The position numbers and the translations under genes are program-made. Below, piece by piece: positions 59,578 to 64,000 of a stretch of 64,000 nucleotides of DNA. The notes below the pieces were generated by a model. It worked only from the letters and a program-made list of their open reading frames with translations, did not search any database and was not told the origin of the DNA. Source of the DNA: Pavona decussata (lineage: Eukaryota); contig CDRNST010000214.1 in the NCBI GenBank assembly GCA_977016875.1, forward strand, positions 3,844,001-3,908,000. Reading direction: 5' to 3'. Positions within the stretch are counted from its first letter, which is position 1; each line of letters begins with the position of its first letter.

Positions 59578-61253
59578 CGGATGGCTGCGTAACAAAAAAC
59601 TTATCAGTTTGTGAGCGAGGACAATTACCACATAAGTCAACTTGCATAAAATTCAGAAAGTTGTTTTACTTCGCTTAGCAATTTGCTTAGCTCGATAAAC
59701 GATATAGAGATTTGTCTGACAGACGTTGATCGTCTAAGGTTGATTGAGTGGGTTGAACTGGGGGCGCTATTGTTTGGATATTGCTTTCGCGCTGGTATCT
59801 CTTTGAAAGGTGTTAAATACGAATTAGTTTGACACCAAAGGAGCCTTAACCTGCTCAGTTTGCGCCTTTATCAGCCAATATTTGTGAGTAAAACTGAAGG
59901 TCCACCTACACGGGTTGTCACTGCGTAAAGAAAGAGCAGAACCCCTCTTTTCTCTCAAAGATCCACCGGCCAAGATTTAGAAGAGTGAAAGAAGAAATTC
60001 AAACGTCCTGCTCAACCCCTCCTTTAAGACTTGCTCCAGTCGGCCGTTACGTTCGCGAATGGGGCATGGTTCTGCAGAACACTATAAGCTTGTTTCGCAG
60101 GATATTACAATTCGTTTGCGCAACACACACGCACGTATTCCGCGAGTTGAACATCTTTTTGTCTTTGCATCGCGTACTACTCATGTACTTACATATACAG
60201 TGTGCGTTTAGCATTTCATTAGCTTGCGTGGCAAGCGCGCTAAAGAGGAAGTTTAAGGGAGCGCTCGTATCTCGCTTTCGCGCTCCAGAATCCTGCAACC
60301 CTCATACCCCTCCCTGTCACCGAGCCTAGGCATGCAACTACAACATCCCCTTTGCCCCCGGGGGTACTCGCTTATTTGATTAGACTAGACGGGCGCGTGC
60401 CACTAGACAGGTTGTATGTTTTTAGTACCCTCCGTCTTTGTCCTAAACAGGGTCTGATCGAGTCTGATCCTGTCCTAAACAGGCTCTGGTTGCATGATTG
60501 TCAACAAAAAATATTGTTTTTTAGTATTTAGCTATCCAAGTTGTCCTACACAGAGGAAGTATTTTGGACCTTTTTTGTCCTAACTCAGGGTCAGGGTATT
60601 AAACCTCCAGCGGCACCCCATACTCAAACACGAGTCAAGTACCCTGCCCTTTTGCTCCGAAGAAAAAAAAATCCTCTTTTCCCAAGAAAAACCGATTGAC
60701 TTTGGCCAAGTCTACCTTTTTCCCTTCTTAGAGAGAACAGTGTTGCATAGACTGCTCTTATTATTATTTAGCTGACGTACTCAAGAGCAAAATAAAAAGG
60801 GCTGAAAATTTCTATGCCTCATGAATAAGTGACGTCAATACATACACATGTACATATGACGAAAGTATGACTGACATTGGCGTAAACTTTGGAGGGATGA
60901 AAACAGTCTGAACAGTGCGCGCGGAGAGAATAAGGCAAGAGATAGGGCTTTATGGCAGAATAAACAAATGACATATGTATTTTAGTTAGGTCAAGCACAT
61001 TTTTATAAGCTTTTGGTAAGAAAAAAAAAAGTTGAAGTTTTGAAGATTCAGAAGCCACCTGTTCGGGAACTGGCCAGCGGAAGCTCCCTTGAGTAGCTAT
61101 TTTTGGATACATCGGTTGGAGTTTCTTGCGGAAGAATCACTTGACAACTAACCAGCGCCTTCAGATCAGTTTTCTCTGATTCTACCCACGAAGTGTAGAA
61201 AAAAGACTTGATTAACACCTTCGGTTTGGATAGTTTGGAGATCTCCTGTTTCC

Positions 61254-61430
61254 ATGTTAGCCAATTCTTCTTCGTTGCCAAGTTTGCCAAATACTACGAC
61301 TTTGCCAACAACAGCAACCGAAACAACACCAGGAATTTTGGAAGATGAACGGATATTCTTCCAAACGGCCGCTGCTCGTGGTATTTCTGGGATATTTGTG
61401 TGGTTATCGTTGATCATAACATGTCACCAG
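61254..61430 (+). CDS. TMEM184B: TMEM184-family (OSTalpha-like) membrane protein, first coding exon; gene continues beyond the window
   Basis: IFFQTAAARGISGIFVWLSLIITCHQ|gtaag matches the N-terminal TM segment of TMEM184A/B (recalled as [20 protein letters not shown]). Paralog assignment is tentative. Confidence 0.8.
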
Positions 61431-64000
61431 GTAAGAAATCTAACGTGTCTGCGTTTCGCCACGACGGTAAGCTTATATTTATTTACCAACTGAAATAAAC
61501 ATGTGTGATCTATATTTTAAGCTTAAGCTTCATTTTTTAGGGGTTTTGGGCGTTACTTGTTGGTATACTTGGTTGTGTTATTATCTCTACTTTGTCAAAT
61601 ATTTAATTTTTAACATTTATTCTGTATTTTCTTCGGCGATAATATATAATACATGGTGCTGTACAATCTTTATGTCGTACGTTGCTTATTGGTTTGAGTT
61701 CTAGTCAATACATGCACATGACGTCACTTTAACAAAAGTTTTCAATAAGTGAGCGTTGAAACAGAGATCCTTCTTTAGCTACTTTAGGGTTATAATAAAA
61801 CTTGAATGAGGTAAATAACAGGTAGAGTATAAAAAAGAGGTAGATTTTTAATCTTGAATTATTCTTCATTTTATAAAATCTGCTTTCATTCTGTTATGAT
61901 ATTATGTAGAAGGTGATTAAGGAGCAGATTTGTCATATTAATTTAAGTAGAAATGTTGTGACTTTATGATGACTTTAGAGAAAACTTCGTAAAACTTGGT
62001 ATTGAATTTGTGCTTTTCAGAGCGCGCACTGGCAGTTAAGTTTGATTGATAGGTTTTTTGCTTCTTATTGCCTTGTTTAAGAGCACGTGCGCACATTGGC
62101 TAATTTGTAACTTTTGGTGTATCTATCGCGCGAGCAAAATTAACAGAGTTGGATTTTGGAGTGAGGCTCGGTGGTTGCGTGGATTTATGGAGGGTTTTAT
62201 TTGTAATTTCGGAAAATTTTAGGGCTGGGACTTTCAGAACTCTACGTTTAGGGAATCGCCTGAACAAGAACAGGATGAAATTTGTCATTTTTTTCAGTAT
62301 AAAACAGTGTGAGAAACTGTAAGTTACTTCTCTGGAAAAGTAACTGAAGCAAAACCAGAGTGAAAACATAAATTATGTGTTTTGAAGGTGTGACCTGTAT
62401 CAAAAGCTCCAAAGGAAAGAAAGCTGTCAGTTTGTCAAAGCCCTACGTTAATAAAAATATAAGGGAACTTAAGATTTGACTACGAGTATGAGATTGAGTA
62501 TGAGTACGGCCTTTCAAATCCAGTTCACCCAGGTTAGATAATCACTTGTCACACCAATCTTGTTTCCAGGGTCTCGAGCCTTACCTGCTAGCCATTAATG
62601 GGAATTAGGAGCGAGAGTTCTGGGGTTGTGATATAAAGGTTTAACATTTGAAAATTGTACTCATACTCAAATCTAAGGGTTCCTAATCTTGTGGAAACCT
62701 TGTTTTTAAAACCTTTCGCCATTTGCAAATGTATGGATCTAACTTTTGCTGTCTACAAAAAAAATGTTTCTGATAAAATGTTTGCTGCTAGGTGGCATTT
62801 CTGTGGCACTAACTGATAAACATTTTGCTAATGAGTGTTTTCTTCTCTGCATGAGTTCTAATTCAGTTAGTTTACTTTTAATTATTAATTTAAACTAGAC
62901 AAAAGTTTAACTGTCCTTTTCAGGAACTAAATGTTTACAAAATTTACCATATATAATATATTTACTTTTTACTATATAATATTTACTATATTAATATATA
63001 ACAGTATTTTATACTGGCATGTCTATCCTCAGGCTGTTAAAATGATGGTGTCTTTCTAGTTGAAAACATTGAAAATCATTTTAATGTTTTTGAAACAGAG
63101 TTTCATCATTCACTGGGTCCTAAGGCCTTATTCTCTTTGAGGAGAGAAAGAATGGATGATGTTGATGAATACTGTCTTTAATATTCGAAGGAGTCAATAA
63201 TTATGCCAAATGTCTCACAAACATTTGGATTTCCCACTGTTGTTTCTCCTTTAATTTTAATTCATTTTTTTTTGTATCTAACGTAACATGTGTTTCCCTC
63301 CCTCCTCCCCCCACCCACCAAAAAAGAAAGAAAAAAATGATCTGAAACATCTTCATCATTGTGATAGTATTATTGTCAAGTAAACTTTCAATCATTTTGA
63401 AAGTTGTACCCAAGAGAAAGCATTTTATTTTACCCTTATTTGTTGAAAGACAAAATGATGTTTACTTTTGTCTTTTGATAATCCTCTGACAATCGTAATA
63501 ATTTAAATATTTCTAATCAAAGAAAGTTTTTACCCGTCAAAGTTTTTAACTATTCAAACTGTAGCAGTTTCACTGAAGTAGTGTTAATATTATTCTAAAA
63601 TAACTGAATGTGTTAATTTGTTGTGACAGTTGCCATGGGAACTGAGAGCTTTTTAATTATAAATATTGGTGTATTGCAGACAAATGATATACTTATTCAA
63701 ATTTAAGTAATATCGTTCAATATTGTTTAATAATATAATGTCAATGAAGTAAATAGTTTTCTTTTGAATTGAAAAGGATAGATTGAGGGTATCTCTGGAA
63801 ATAAAAAATATTATTATTGATAGAGGACACCAACCATATTTGTAAATTAATAATTGACAATAACATTGTTGTTGTCCTCTTTATTTAGAAAGCAATTTTG
63901 TCAAGAATAGTGTTTTTAAAGGATCATAAACAGTGTCCTCATATGAGATGCTGCACATCTTTTTTTAAAATTACATAATAATAATAATAATATTAATAAT

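Overview
This is eukaryotic, AT-rich, intron-rich and repeat-dense DNA with two assembly gaps (~18191-18342, ~52878-53055). The repeat families and gene content suggest a cnidarian, probably a stony coral; that assignment is inference. Most short ORFs in the supplied track are noise, so I spliced the genes by hand from GT-AG sites and reading-frame phase. Host genes: (1) a 6-exon LONELY GUY (LOG) family phosphoribohydrolase (14919-19070, +); (2) 675 bp downstream, a 2-exon methylpurine DNA glycosylase MPG/AAG (19746-22181, +); (3) a ~34-exon SH3-DH-PH-SH3-RA RhoGEF (25370-51939, -); (4) a 4-exon maize-PAO1-like polyamine oxidase with a signal peptide and C-terminal YDEL (53781-59498, -); (5) exon 1 of a TMEM184-family gene (61254+, +). 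Mobile DNA: a young but dead Penelope-like element with 497-bp inverted pLTRs, each carrying a minimal hammerhead ribozyme; more PLE tails, one with a U3/A8 hammerhead variant; a decayed RAG1/Transib-like transposase facing a decayed chromodomain gene; L2-type LINE fragments, one inserted into a perfect 57-bp palindrome; SINEs; and many MITEs with readable target-site duplications. The best leads are the intron-containing animal LOG next to MPG, the RAG1-like plus chromodomain relic, the ribozyme-bearing PLEs, and the possibly ER-retained plant-type PAO.
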